60,920 nucleotides of DNA from a virus (taxonomy: Duplodnaviria; Heunggongvirae; Uroviricota; Caudoviricetes), in IMG/VR virus record IMGVR_UViG_2744054872_000005, one strand, 5' to 3'. Under the pieces are notes generated by a model, which saw nothing but the letters and a program-made list of their open reading frames with translations, was not told where the DNA came from and did not search any database. This document shows, in pieces, positions 43,225-53,793 of this stretch. Numbering within the stretch: the first letter of the stretch is position 1; each line of letters opens with the position of its first letter. Position numbers and translations under genes: made by a program.

Positions 43225-44274
43225 TTACCCAAGCACGCCAGTTGCAAAGGCGTGATCAAGAAAACGAAAAATTAAATCAACCTGAGAACCATGCTTTTCT
43301 TCGAACGCCAGAGGATCCGCATGAAGCTCGTTGTGATGCTCCCGACACAGCGGTAGCGTGAAAATATCGTGAGATTTTGTCCCCATTCCGCCCTGACCAT
43401 GACCAATCAGGTGATGGGGATCGTCGGCTGGCTTACCACAATACGCACACGGCTGTGTCTTCACCCAGCGTGTGTATTTCTCGTTAACCCAGCGGCGACG
43501 TTTAGGTCGTTTCATGAAAGATTCCGGAGACTCAGGATCAACGGCAATGCTGACCACCGTCTTTTCCTGTGGTGGGTTCTGTTGCTGGTGGGCGTGAGGC
43601 AGCGGCGCAAGATTTTTTGTGCGCTGTTTCAGTATGCTGGTGGCGGTCTGCTCTCCCGGTACGATGTCGCTTTCACGGTACATTGAGCGGATTTTTTCCG
43701 CACGCAACCCCAGCGAACGACGTAATACCGCTTCCGGTAGCGCGTCCGCCACCTGATTGCGGACCGCCCACCAGGATAATTCAGCCAGCGATAATTCCCG
43801 CTCCTGTGTGCCATTCATTGCGTGACGAATGACGTCAATCATCCATGCTGACAAGTTTTGGTGAGCAAGTTGCTCAAGTGATTCGGAGGTCTGGTCACGC
43901 AACTGGTTGTCGCAGTGCCAGCACAACACCATTGCGCCGGTACCATAACGGTGAATGACGGTTTCGCTGTGATGATAATCGCCGTGTGGCCACTGGCAGG
44001 ATTTAATATGGCGCAACAGCCAGTCAGACAATGCACCAGCACCACCAGCAGCACGAATCACCCGTGCGTTACTGAAAAACGGCAGCAATGTTTTGTCTTC
44101 CACCAGCGGCTGGCGAACGGCAGGAACGCCCCCGGACGGCAGATTACGCATGCTTTTCGGTTCCGGCTCCACCAGTACCCGGGTATTGTGGAATACCGGC
44201 ATGGATTCACGGCCCGGCTTAACGATCACCAGCCCGAGTTCCGGTACCAGAACAGGTCGAAGTAATACTCGCAC
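43225..44274 (-). CDS. DUF968 family prophage protein (YdfU-like)
   Basis: 349 aa; C-terminal HNH-like Cys/His motifs; Qin order ydfU-rem-hokD. Confidence 0.65.
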   Translation of the reverse strand: MRVLLRPVLVPELGLVIVKPGRESMPVFHNTRVLVEPEPKSMRNLPSGGVPAVRQPLVEDKTLLPFFSNARVIRAAGGAGALSDWLLRHIKSCQWPHGDYHHSETVIHRYGTGAMVLCWHCDNQLRDQTSESLEQLAHQNLSAWMIDVIRHAMNGTQERELSLAELSWWAVRNQVADALPEAVLRRSLGLRAEKIRSMYRESDIVPGEQTATSILKQRTKNLAPLPHAHQQQNPPQEKTVVSIAVDPESPESFMKRPKRRRWVNEKYTRWVKTQPCAYCGKPADDPHHLIGHGQGGMGTKSHDIFTLPLCREHHNELHADPLAFEEKHGSQVDLIFRFLDHAFATGVLG

Positions 44275-44275
44275 G

Positions 44276-44683
44276 TTACCTCCAGATGCGTTGCTGGAAT
44301 GTGCGGGACGGACGCGGTGATCGTTCGGAGTAAGGAAGCCTGACGGAGATTATCCAGTGACGATAATCGAGGCTGAGGGCTTTCTTAATCTCGTATCCGT
44401 GTCTGCGGTAGCACTGAATTAGCCACTCGGCCTGTTCTTCAGTGCATGGGGGATGCTGGAACCAGTCAGATTTGAAAGTGCGGGAACGCCGCCCGTGCCT
44501 GCTGGCAAAGACGACAGAATCATCAGAATTGTGTAATTTGGTATCGTGCGCCATCGGTTGTCTCTGCTGGCGCAGCAGGTGCCAGTTGTTCAGGCTGGCG
44601 TGCGAATTGTAAACCAGAATGCCAGGAAAAAACAAAACCCGCCGAAGCGGGTTACGTGCGGGTGCGTTGAGGATGCCTGACAC
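44276..44683 (-). CDS. hypothetical prophage protein (rem-like position)
   Basis: ORF between DUF968 and hok; true start may be internal (MAHDTKLH). Confidence 0.4.
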   Translation of the reverse strand: MSGILNAPARNPLRRVLFFPGILVYNSHASLNNWHLLRQQRQPMAHDTKLHNSDDSVVFASRHGRRSRTFKSDWFQHPPCTEEQAEWLIQCYRRHGYEIKKALSLDYRHWIISVRLPYSERSPRPSRTFQQRIWR

Positions 44684-44721
44684 ATCAGAGGTGGCGAGGG
44701 ATTTCTCCCTCGCCGGGTCTC

Positions 44722-44877
44722 TTACTCCTCAGGTTCGTAAACTGTGAAGACAGCGACCTCCGTCTGGCCGGTTCGGATTCGTACCTCGCAGAGGTCTTTC
44801 CTCGTTACCAGTGCCGTCACTATGACGGTTAAACAGATGACGATCAGGGCGATTAACATCGCCTTTTGCTGCTTCAT
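44722..44877 (-). CDS. hokD: Hok/Gef family type I toxin (with overlapping mok frame extending to 44934)
   Basis: MKQQKAMLIALIVICLTVIVTALVTRKDLCEVRIRTGQTEVAVFTVYEPEE is essentially HokD/RelF by recall. Confidence 0.9.
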   Translation of the reverse strand: MKQQKAMLIALIVICLTVIVTALVTRKDLCEVRIRTGQTEVAVFTVYEPEE

Positions 44878-45597
44878 AGCCTGCTTCTCCTTGCCTTTCG
44901 GCACGTAAGAGGCTAACCTAGATTTGCCGTTCATAGATTGAGCCTCAGATTAATGTTAAGCGTCTTGCAGGACGCGTAATGTTAACTGGGGCTTTTCTCT
45001 ATCTGCCTTTGGTGTTCATGCCTGAGGCAGATAGCCTCAAGCACCCGCAGCAATTCTACTTAACTCCCGTCACCTCGCCAATATAAAATCAATCAGAAAG
45101 GCGATCCATAAGAACAACAGCAAGACAATAAATTGCCATTACAGCCGCAATAGCTAGCGCACATTTGAGAACCAGCACGACAACCTCCTGTATTGGACGT
45201 ACACCAGTTCTGATAAATATGAGGCTGTCTCATCATTGATTCAATATAACTATTGGGTATAGTTTCTGTGATTTTGTTCTGTAGAAATGGAACACAACAA
45301 CCAGTCACCACCAGCACTTCTTTAAATACGCCAAGTCCGACGCAAGCTAACCTTCTAGTCCGCTTTGAGCGAGGAGCGGACCAAACCCGGCCAACTGACT
45401 CTTAAAGGGGCCGCAGGAATTTTTCGTCTGAACTTTCGAAGCTCCTCTCCCTGAAGACAGAAAACTTCTGTGTGCTGTGGGAATATTGAATCTTTGCATT
45501 AGATATAAATAATTTTATCCCGCCTGAAGTTTACATTATTTTATTTATCTGTTTTTCTAAATCAGACTGCACTCCTTACTTAAATCAGGAGCCAGTC

Positions 45598-46797
45598 ATG
45601 CCATTTGTTATTTATGTGTTTACTATCAGTGCCTTTGCGCTCGGACTCGCGGAATTTGTCCCCATTGGGCTGACAGACGTTATGGCTCAGGGGTTGTGTG
45701 TGGGTGTGGAGCAGACCGGGGCAGCGGTTACAACCTATGCACTGGGGGCAACGTTCGCGGCACCCGTACTGTCTGCGCTGACAGCAAGCTGGAGCCGGAA
45801 AAATGTAATGCTTACAACTGCCGTTGTGTTTACTGCCGGTAGTCTGGCGGCCGCGTTTGCAGCCACATTACCTCAGCTCCTGTTAGCGCGGTTCATTGCT
45901 GGTCTGGGACACGGCCTGTTTCTGGCTGCGGCATCCAGTACCGCAGCTCGTCTTGCTGGACCGGGTAAAGCAGGCAGAGCGGTGGCTGTGGTATTTGGTG
46001 GCTTTACTCTGGCGATGGCAATCGGCGTACCGCTGAGTACATGGTTGGGGGGGGTGGTCTCATGGCGTCCAGTTCTCGGCGCTATTGCCGCTTTTGGCGC
46101 GTTCGGATTCCTTGGACTGTTGTTCGGTATGAAAGATCCCGTACGCAGCGTGCCCGGTGAACATAGTGACTCAGCAATGCAGAATATCGGCATGCTGTTT
46201 AACCGTAAGTTGCTGGCCGGCGCGCTGGTTACGGTGCTGGCGTATGCAGGCTCGTTTACGGCTTACACCTTTATCGCACCTATTCTGACGCAGGTGACAG
46301 GGGTTACCGGAGCAACGGTGAGTCTGTTTATGCTGGTTTACGGTATTACAGCTGCGGTAGGTAATATTCTTGGTGGGAAACTTACCGACAGCATGGGGGT
46401 TAATCGTGCCAATATACTCATCATTAGCGGCATTGTTGTTGTCGTGCTTGGTATGTGGCTGCTGTCATCCTCACCGGTGAGCATGGGCATTCTGGTTGCG
46501 CTGCTGGGTATGGTGACATTTGCCGCAGTGCCGGCACTGCAGGCCCGTCTGATTGGTGTCGCTGAGCAACATGCTCCTCATGCGCATGGTGTTGCTGCCG
46601 GCCTGAATATTGCGGGCTTCAACTCAGGTATAGCGCTGGGATCAGTACTGGGCAGCATTACTATAAGCCACGCCGGTATCGTGTATACCGGTATCAGCGG
46701 TGCGATTGTTTCTCTGCTCGGCCTGCTGTTGCTGCTTGCACAAATCCGTCGCAGCCACAGTCGTAAATTTCAACAGGTTAAAATCGTAGGCCAGTAA
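45598..46797 (+). CDS. MFS transporter (399 aa)
   Basis: 12-TM-type hydrophobic protein with MFS-like loop motifs. Confidence 0.7.
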   Translation: MPFVIYVFTISAFALGLAEFVPIGLTDVMAQGLCVGVEQTGAAVTTYALGATFAAPVLSALTASWSRKNVMLTTAVVFTAGSLAAAFAATLPQLLLARFIAGLGHGLFLAAASSTAARLAGPGKAGRAVAVVFGGFTLAMAIGVPLSTWLGGVVSWRPVLGAIAAFGAFGFLGLLFGMKDPVRSVPGEHSDSAMQNIGMLFNRKLLAGALVTVLAYAGSFTAYTFIAPILTQVTGVTGATVSLFMLVYGITAAVGNILGGKLTDSMGVNRANILIISGIVVVVLGMWLLSSSPVSMGILVALLGMVTFAAVPALQARLIGVAEQHAPHAHGVAAGLNIAGFNSGIALGSVLGSITISHAGIVYTGISGAIVSLLGLLLLLAQIRRSHSRKFQQVKIVGQ

Positions 46798-46808
46798 AGG
46801 GAGGTTAT

Positions 46809-47501
46809 ATGCTTACCCGTGAAAATATGCTTAATGGCACATTTGTCAGGGTGCATGAAGCGCTGCTCCCGGCGAATATGCTCTGGGACGCTGAAAAAAT
46901 ACGCGCATCAATGAACTCTACTCTGGAGGAGCGCCCGACGGGTGCTCCTTTCTGGATATTTGCCTACGGGTCATTGATGTGGAATCCCGTGCTGGCAATT
47001 GAAGAAATGCAACGGGCCCGTCTGAAAGGATGGCAGCGCAGTTTCTGCATTCGTTTGATATCCGGACGAGCGACTCCTGATGTCCCCGGCAGGATGTTAT
47101 CGCTCGACGAAGGTGGAATTACCGAAGGTATTGCGTTCAGACTGCCGGAATCGACTCTTATTAATGAGCTGGAAATTGTCTGGACGCGCGAGATGATAAC
47201 CGGTCTTTACCGTCCGGTCTGGGCAGACGTTTCGCTAGGAAACGGTGAGGAAATTCAGGCGCTGGCTTTCGTATCAGACAGACTGCATCCGCATTATGAA
47301 CAGGACAATCTTACAGCGACCGTAGCATTGAGCATCGCATCTGCCCGTGGAGACATTGGCACGAATGCAGATTATGTATGGAAACTGCAGGCCACTCTGG
47401 GTGCGTTGGGAATACGGGATGATTACGTGAGTGAACTGGCCCTTGCTCTGCATGAGGCTCCCTGTAACGATAAACTTCATCAGCGAGGCGCTTCACTATG
47501 A
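46809..47501 (+). CDS. ChaC-family gamma-glutamylcyclotransferase-like protein
   Basis: FAYGSLMWNP motif and collinear similarity to recalled E. coli ChaC. Confidence 0.7.
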   Translation: MLTRENMLNGTFVRVHEALLPANMLWDAEKIRASMNSTLEERPTGAPFWIFAYGSLMWNPVLAIEEMQRARLKGWQRSFCIRLISGRATPDVPGRMLSLDEGGITEGIAFRLPESTLINELEIVWTREMITGLYRPVWADVSLGNGEEIQALAFVSDRLHPHYEQDNLTATVALSIASARGDIGTNADYVWKLQATLGALGIRDDYVSELALALHEAPCNDKLHQRGASL

Positions 47502-48379
47502 GCCATCTGAGCCATCTGCGAACGTTTCTTGAGGCCTATCGCTCTGGCTCCTTTTCAAAGGCGGCAGAACTACTGGGCATCACTCAGCCCGCGGCGTCAC
47601 AGCATATCCAGTCTCTTGAGACTCTGGTTGGTAAGCGTCTGTTTATCAGGCAGGCCAGAGGCGTGACGGCAACCGAAGCTGCGGATGAGCTTGCCCGCTC
47701 AGTTTCACCCTTCATTGATGGTCTGGAAGAAAAGCTGTCCTCTTTCCGGTCAGGCTCTGTACACGGGGGAACAATTAATCTGGCAGGACCGCCAGATTTT
47801 ATTCATTCCCGGCTTGGGACAGTAATGGCTCCACTAATGAAGGAGGGGTATCGCCTACGCTTTCATACCGGCAATAAGCAACGTATTTATTCCCTTTTGC
47901 ATGACGGGAGCGCCGATCTCGCTGTTACCGCATCTATGCCTGATGACCGTCTGTACGGCTATGCACATCTACTGACTGAACGCATGCTCCTTGTTCATGC
48001 TCCCGCCATGTCAGAGATCATCGGATCAGAACCTGGTGCTGAAACGCTTGCCTCATTACCGCTGATTGCTTATGACGAAGAGTTGCCACTGATTAGAGCG
48101 CTCTGGGCCTCCATGTTTCAGAGAGCCCCTGAGATGCAGGCTACATTCACCATTCCGGATTTACGTATTATCCGCGACTTGGTCTGTGACGGCCACGGGT
48201 GGACAGTGCTGCCGGATTATCACTGTGACAATGACCTGAAAAGTGGTCGCCTGATTTCAGTGACACCTGCAGACCTCGCTCCGACTAATCATCTTTATCT
48301 GGTCTGGAACAAAAGGACGGCTAATAACAGCCGAACCGCCTATGTTCGGGATTACATTCTTAAAACGTTTCCGCGTTGA
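47498..48379 (+). CDS. LysR-family transcriptional regulator
   Basis: N-terminal HTH (AAELLGITQPAASQHIQSLE) plus LysR substrate-binding domain length. Confidence 0.85.
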   Translation: MSHLSHLRTFLEAYRSGSFSKAAELLGITQPAASQHIQSLETLVGKRLFIRQARGVTATEAADELARSVSPFIDGLEEKLSSFRSGSVHGGTINLAGPPDFIHSRLGTVMAPLMKEGYRLRFHTGNKQRIYSLLHDGSADLAVTASMPDDRLYGYAHLLTERMLLVHAPAMSEIIGSEPGAETLASLPLIAYDEELPLIRALWASMFQRAPEMQATFTIPDLRIIRDLVCDGHGWTVLPDYHCDNDLKSGRLISVTPADLAPTNHLYLVWNKRTANNSRTAYVRDYILKTFPR

Positions 48380-48509
48380 TGTTTGAAACGGATGATTGGC
48401 GATGCGTATCATAAGTTACGTATGTCCGCTTCTGGCACAAAGCAGACGCCCACTCTCACGCGAATGCTTTGCCCTTGACTTGCCAACAACCGTATCGCTT
48501 GCTCCGCAA

Positions 48510-49802
48510 CTATGGTTTTTTATTAGAACCTTCGCCACTAAATAAATTATAATAAATTGATTTTATTAGATATCTGTCAGAATCTATATGGTCAGCACGA
48601 GTAGCATGCTCTAATGTTTCAAATGCTAGGGTTTGTGCGGCTTCAGCAAAAATTCCAGGCCAACCCTTACTCAGCATCGACAGTCCTTTAAGTACCCTTA
48701 TCTGAATTTCCCTCATACTGGCACCATCGCGCGCAACAGGTGAGAAAAAGTCTTCAAGTAGATCGTTATTCTGAAGTGGTGCAACATGTACAGAAGGATA
48801 TTTCACTTCTATTTCATCAGATTTATTCTGCGCGTAAGCGGAAAGTATACGTACACCTCTGCCAATGACATCAATGGCGGTTCCAGGATCGTTCACTGCG
48901 GGGGAAAGGGCTCGGCAGGCTATTTCGGCCATGACGCTAAGACAAAATCGGGGGTCCTGAGCAAATGAACGTACATCCGAGACAATAATCGTCTCAAGTA
49001 AATCGGTGCTGATTGATGACTCCTGGCCCTGACTCAGGTACAAAACTGGCGTGGACGGATGTATGAAACTGCCCGGCTGCGCCACGAGGTATACATGACG
49101 GGGATCATTGGTCAGCAGCTTGCTGAGTTTCACCATATCAACATATTCAACATAGCCAATCTTTTTCGGATAAACTGCAACCGTTCCTTTCGGCTGTTCA
49201 TTGTTCTCAAGCCAAGGATATCCGCCGAGACAGGGATTTCTTGCTCTCGCAATAAATGTTTCGATGGCCGCCTGTTCTACTTTTGCCGTTGTCTCACCAA
49301 CCCTCCCCAGAGAGGTCAAATGCTGTATCCAGCGAAGCAATGTGATGAGGATTAAGGCAATGACAACCAGTGTTACAATGAATAAAATGACTCTCCCCCT
49401 TTCTCCATAAGCTCCCATATTGAGGGCAATAATCCCTACCAGACTGAAGAGAAAAGAACCGATGAAGGTGGCCAGTACATTTTGTGTGGTGACGTCTTCA
49501 ACAACTAAACGAGTAGCTCTGGGAGTCACATTAGTAGTGGCTGAACCGTAGGCTGTGACCATGATGCTCAGCGAAAATGTGGTCACTGCCAGCATACTCG
49601 ATGCCAGTATGTTCAGAATGTTATCGACTGCTTCCGCACCAACCTTCACGGAAACCGACTCAGGTATCATTGATTTAAAAAGAATTGATAAAAGGGCCGT
49701 TATTATTGCGACAATTGCGAATAACGTTGCCCTGAACCATAGTTTTTTAAATGTCTGCTTCAGCATCCATTTCCAGCGTGAAATCATTCTGCATTCCCTC
49801 AT
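48510..49802 (-). CDS. DUF2254-like membrane protein
   Basis: 430 aa with N-terminal TM segments; family assignment by recall only. Confidence 0.5.
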   Translation of the reverse strand: MRECRMISRWKWMLKQTFKKLWFRATLFAIVAIITALLSILFKSMIPESVSVKVGAEAVDNILNILASSMLAVTTFSLSIMVTAYGSATTNVTPRATRLVVEDVTTQNVLATFIGSFLFSLVGIIALNMGAYGERGRVILFIVTLVVIALILITLLRWIQHLTSLGRVGETTAKVEQAAIETFIARARNPCLGGYPWLENNEQPKGTVAVYPKKIGYVEYVDMVKLSKLLTNDPRHVYLVAQPGSFIHPSTPVLYLSQGQESSISTDLLETIIVSDVRSFAQDPRFCLSVMAEIACRALSPAVNDPGTAIDVIGRGVRILSAYAQNKSDEIEVKYPSVHVAPLQNNDLLEDFFSPVARDGASMREIQIRVLKGLSMLSKGWPGIFAEAAQTLAFETLEHATRADHIDSDRYLIKSIYYNLFSGEGSNKKP

Positions 49803-49850
49803 ATTGCAGCCGGGATAAATAAATGCCGCCTCTGTGGCGGCATGTTGCTG

Positions 49851-51854
49851 TTAACGAACCAGATGCAGGAAGTGCAGGTGTTTTTCGTACTGGTCCAGTA
49901 TGTCATTAATCAGCTGTTCCTGATTCCAGCCCATTACATCATAATTTTGGCCGCCCTCTTTGAGATAGACTTCAGCGCGATAATATCGATGTTGTTCACT
50001 CTGCTGCTCATCATTATCCAGCGCAGCGAGCGCGAAGGTCGGTGAGTTATACCCGCGAAGCCTCACTTCATATATATAATTCAGCTCGTTGCCCAAATCG
50101 ACTTCAAGGCGAATACGATCCTCGGCGGCGTCACTGATGTGGCTTATCGTTCCCTGCTTGTTAAGTTCCTCCTGAACCAGCGTCATGGCGGGTTGGATAA
50201 TGTCGTCCATAAAACGTTTCACAAGAGAGCGCTTCGGCAAATACGCGATATTGCGTAACCTTCTCTGCCAGGGAATTGGGTTACGTGCAGCCGTAGGAGC
50301 AATAGTCGCCATGCTAAGGCTTTCACGCTTGGTCAAATCCCGACGCAGGGCTTTTAACAGTCCGTATATGGATATTAATAAGATAACTGAGAAGGGCAAT
50401 GCACTCGCTATCGTTACGGTTTGCAACGCACTCAGCCCCCCTGCGATCAGCAGGGCAATAGCAACAACGCCCATGAGCGATGCCCAGAAAATTCGCTGCC
50501 AGACGGGCGTGTTTGCCACCCCACCTGATGCCAGAGTATCCACAACCATTGCCCCCGAATCAGCAGACGTTACAAAGAAGACGATGACCATCGCCATTGC
50601 AATGAATGACAGCACGGAAGAGAACGGGAAATGCTCCAGGAAATTAAACAGGGCAAGCGCAACATCCTGCTGAACGGTATTGGCGAGGTCAGTGGCGCCC
50701 TGGTTCATGATGAGATAGATGGCGCTGTTTCCAAACACCGTCATCCACATGAGCGTAAAGCCGGCGGGAACAAACAACACGCCAGTCACGAACTCACGAA
50801 TTGTCCTGCCGCGGGAAACGCGTGCAATGAACATACCTACAAACGGCGACCATGAAAGCCACCATCCCCAGTATAATAATGTCCAGCCCCCCAGCCAGTT
50901 GCTCGACTTGGGTTCATACGCGTAAAGGTTGAACGTTTTACTCACCAGTTCCGACAGATAACCACCCGTATTTTCCACAAATGACTTCAGCAGAAGCACA
51001 GTGGGACCCAGGCACAAGACCAGCGCCAGGAGCAACACCGCCAGGCCCAGATTAAGCTCAGACAGGATGCGTATTCCCTTGTCCAGGCCGGACACCACCG
51101 AAATCGTCGCTAACCCCGTGATGACCACGATCAAAATGACCTGTACCGTTTCATTGATGGGCACGCCGAAAAGATGGTTCAAACCGGCATTCACCTGCAA
51201 TACACCGTAACCCAGTGATGTTGCAACGCCAAAGACAGTGCCTATCACGGCGAAGATATCAACCGCGTGGCCTATAGGCCCGTAAATGCGATCGCCGATA
51301 ATGGGATAGAGCGCAGAACGCAGCGTTAAAGGCAGACCGTGACGGTAACTGAAAAAGGCCAGAATCAGCGCCACGATGGCATAAATTGCCCATGCGTGCA
51401 GACCCCAGTGGAAGAACGTCAGGCGCATGGCTTCCTTCGCTGCCGCAACGGTCTCTGGAGTGCCGACAGGTGGCGAAAGATAATGCATCACAGGTTCGGC
51501 AACGCCAAAGAACATCAGGCCGATCCCCATCCCTGCCGAAAAAAGCATCGCGAACCAGGAGTGGTAGCTGAAATCAGGCTGCGCATGGTCTGGGCCCAGC
51601 TTTATATCACCGTAACGTGAGAGTCCAAGGAACGTGACGCTCAGTAAAATCAGGGCCACAGCAAGTATGTAGAACCAGCTGGCATTCGTGAAGATTTGTT
51701 GCTGAAGTAGTTTAAAATTTTTGTCGGCGACATCCGGGAATACGGCGGCAAAGGCGACAAGAAGGAAAATTAGCAAAGCAGATGTAAAGAATACCGCTTT
51801 GTTAATCTGGCTTGTAGACTTCTTTGGGGTTGTATCATTTTCACTCATAATCAT
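49851..51854 (-). CDS. BCCT-family transporter (BetT-like, 667 aa)
   Basis: Multi-TM N-terminal two thirds with BCCT-like motifs and long cytoplasmic C-terminal extension. Confidence 0.7.
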   Translation of the reverse strand: MIMSENDTTPKKSTSQINKAVFFTSALLIFLLVAFAAVFPDVADKNFKLLQQQIFTNASWFYILAVALILLSVTFLGLSRYGDIKLGPDHAQPDFSYHSWFAMLFSAGMGIGLMFFGVAEPVMHYLSPPVGTPETVAAAKEAMRLTFFHWGLHAWAIYAIVALILAFFSYRHGLPLTLRSALYPIIGDRIYGPIGHAVDIFAVIGTVFGVATSLGYGVLQVNAGLNHLFGVPINETVQVILIVVITGLATISVVSGLDKGIRILSELNLGLAVLLLALVLCLGPTVLLLKSFVENTGGYLSELVSKTFNLYAYEPKSSNWLGGWTLLYWGWWLSWSPFVGMFIARVSRGRTIREFVTGVLFVPAGFTLMWMTVFGNSAIYLIMNQGATDLANTVQQDVALALFNFLEHFPFSSVLSFIAMAMVIVFFVTSADSGAMVVDTLASGGVANTPVWQRIFWASLMGVVAIALLIAGGLSALQTVTIASALPFSVILLISIYGLLKALRRDLTKRESLSMATIAPTAARNPIPWQRRLRNIAYLPKRSLVKRFMDDIIQPAMTLVQEELNKQGTISHISDAAEDRIRLEVDLGNELNYIYEVRLRGYNSPTFALAALDNDEQQSEQHRYYRAEVYLKEGGQNYDVMGWNQEQLINDILDQYEKHLHFLHLVR

Positions 51855-52188
51855 TTATTCCATTAATTAAATCCGCACTGGATAGAAGGTACTACCTCTC
51901 ACAGAGTAGCAAAGTTCAACTGGCTATGCGGGGTTAATCGGAATGCATGGTGGAATGAGTGCCGATACAAATCATCCTATATTCTAAGGAGTTTTAAGTT
52001 ACTCAGCCTGCCAATTACTGGGGCATTTAATTTGTATGATCTGTATCAAAGCTGGGATATAAGTTAAGTGAAGTATATTAGGCACGAATTACCAGCGTCT
52101 GCTCTTGGCACAAAGCGGACAACCACGCTAGCTCTACCCTGTGCCACAAAATGTCAATTTGCATCTGAACTAATGCACTTTAATCTCG

Positions 52189-52611
52189 TCACTTCAATAA
52201 ATACCGAACATCCCCCTGATAAAACGACAATATGCGCTGCATAACTTCGCTCTTCCGGCACTCGCGACAGATTATGTTTAGGCGACTGTCGTAGCGACGT
52301 ATTTCTCCGTCAGGTAATGACCAGATAAGGTCCGGATCAACCACAACCGGTTTCTTCAGCTTTGCCCTCGATAATTTTTTGCGGGCATTTTGCCAGTCTT
52401 TACGAGCCTGTTCAGACGGGAATAACCCGTAGCCAGAATTGTATACATCGCCACTGGCAACCAGCTCTCTGGCCAGAACGCTCATCAGATATCTTGTTGC
52501 CCCAGTTTTAGCTTCCAGTTGTCGTAACGTCTCGCGCCCACTCTGGCGTACGAGTTCAAGAACCTGCCCTTTAATTTTTTCCCGCTCTTCTTGTGTAAAA
52601 ACTTTTGCCAC
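52189..52611 (-). CDS. hypothetical prophage protein (140 aa), downstream of replication gene
   Basis: ORF following the replication protein; charged, possibly DNA-binding. Confidence 0.45.
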   Translation of the reverse strand: MAKVFTQEEREKIKGQVLELVRQSGRETLRQLEAKTGATRYLMSVLARELVASGDVYNSGYGLFPSEQARKDWQNARKKLSRAKLKKPVVVDPDLIWSLPDGEIRRYDSRLNIICRECRKSEVMQRILSFYQGDVRYLLK

Positions 52612-52651
52612 AAGCCCTCCTGAAAATTACCTCATGACCAGAAATTAACAC

Positions 52652-53728
52652 TTACCCCCTGAAGCCCGGCGGAATTTCGTTATCCGGTTCAGAAATATGA
52701 TTCACACAACGCTGGTTGTTCGTGCCGCTTACCGGGAGCAACCAGGGGTTCTCAAAATTCCGGTCCGGTCCAAAAAACGTCGTCGCTCGCTGAACAAATT
52801 CCGTTCCCGTTTTCCCGGTAGCCGCCAAGTATCTTGCGTAACGCCTCACGCCATCCAGCATGGCCTCTGGTGGCACCCCCTCGCGTAATCTGGCCTTCCA
52901 GGCACTGAAAGCGGATTTCTTCGGGTTTGCCCCAGCACGCAACGGGTACTCCCGCCAGACCTGTTCGAACACATCCGGATAATCCACTCGTCCCACAGAC
53001 TGCCCGGTGTTTTCCGGGACTACCCGATCGGCTTCCCGCTGAATGGCGGAATCGGCTTCAGGCTGCTGCAGTTGGTGTGATTGCTCCGCCCTTGCGGTCA
53101 TCACCTGCTGCACAGCGCCCGAATCGGCTTTCAGCGCATACGCTGAATCGGCTTCCGGTGTCGTGCCTGCTGGCTGACCAAGATTGACGGTCTGAACATC
53201 CCCTGCCTGGTTCGTGGCGTTTTTTACGCCATGGACCATAGTGTTTTGATCTTCTTGATCTGTATCTTTATCTGTATCTTTATCTGTCGTGACTCGTCGT
53301 GACATGTGCGTGACATTTCGTGACGCGCCGTGACAATCGCCATTTTGTTCCCGCTTTCTTTCCCTCTCTCGCTGCGCCCTCTTGCGCTCTGCAGGAGATT
53401 TTGCGGTTTGCGAAATATTGCCGTTGTCCTCTTTAAGCACCTGGCGTTTTTCCCATCCAGTGATTAAATCACCATCAAGTACCCGCCCCTGCATCGTCTG
53501 CAAAATTGAATCAATTACCTCTTCTGTCACGTCGAGCGCACTTGCCAAATCTTCTGTCGTGACATCAATGTGACCTCGCGTGACATTTCGTGACGCGCTC
53601 ACCAGGAGGTGGATATACACTGCCATCACTGTTGCAATTGGCTGCCCTGACACCCTGGCAATTGTTCGCCACTTAGGGTCATTTGGCATGTCATGCCATA
53701 ATCTGAGCCAGGCGTTAGCCATACTCAC
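52652..53728 (-). CDS. phage replication initiation protein (O-like; YdaU/DUF1376-type) containing internal iterons
   Basis: 358 aa; direct repeats of CGTGAC in two clusters inside the gene (53288-53340, 53557-53600); downstream of ydaS-ydaT. Confidence 0.6.
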   Translation of the reverse strand: MSMANAWLRLWHDMPNDPKWRTIARVSGQPIATVMAVYIHLLVSASRNVTRGHIDVTTEDLASALDVTEEVIDSILQTMQGRVLDGDLITGWEKRQVLKEDNGNISQTAKSPAERKRAQRERERKREQNGDCHGASRNVTHMSRRVTTDKDTDKDTDQEDQNTMVHGVKNATNQAGDVQTVNLGQPAGTTPEADSAYALKADSGAVQQVMTARAEQSHQLQQPEADSAIQREADRVVPENTGQSVGRVDYPDVFEQVWREYPLRAGANPKKSAFSAWKARLREGVPPEAMLDGVRRYARYLAATGKTGTEFVQRATTFFGPDRNFENPWLLPVSGTNNQRCVNHISEPDNEIPPGFRG

Positions 53729-53793
53729 CTCTTTTGATACCGAATCTTTTTACTCACAAATTGCCGGAAGTGATCCGGTATGAATATTGCGAG

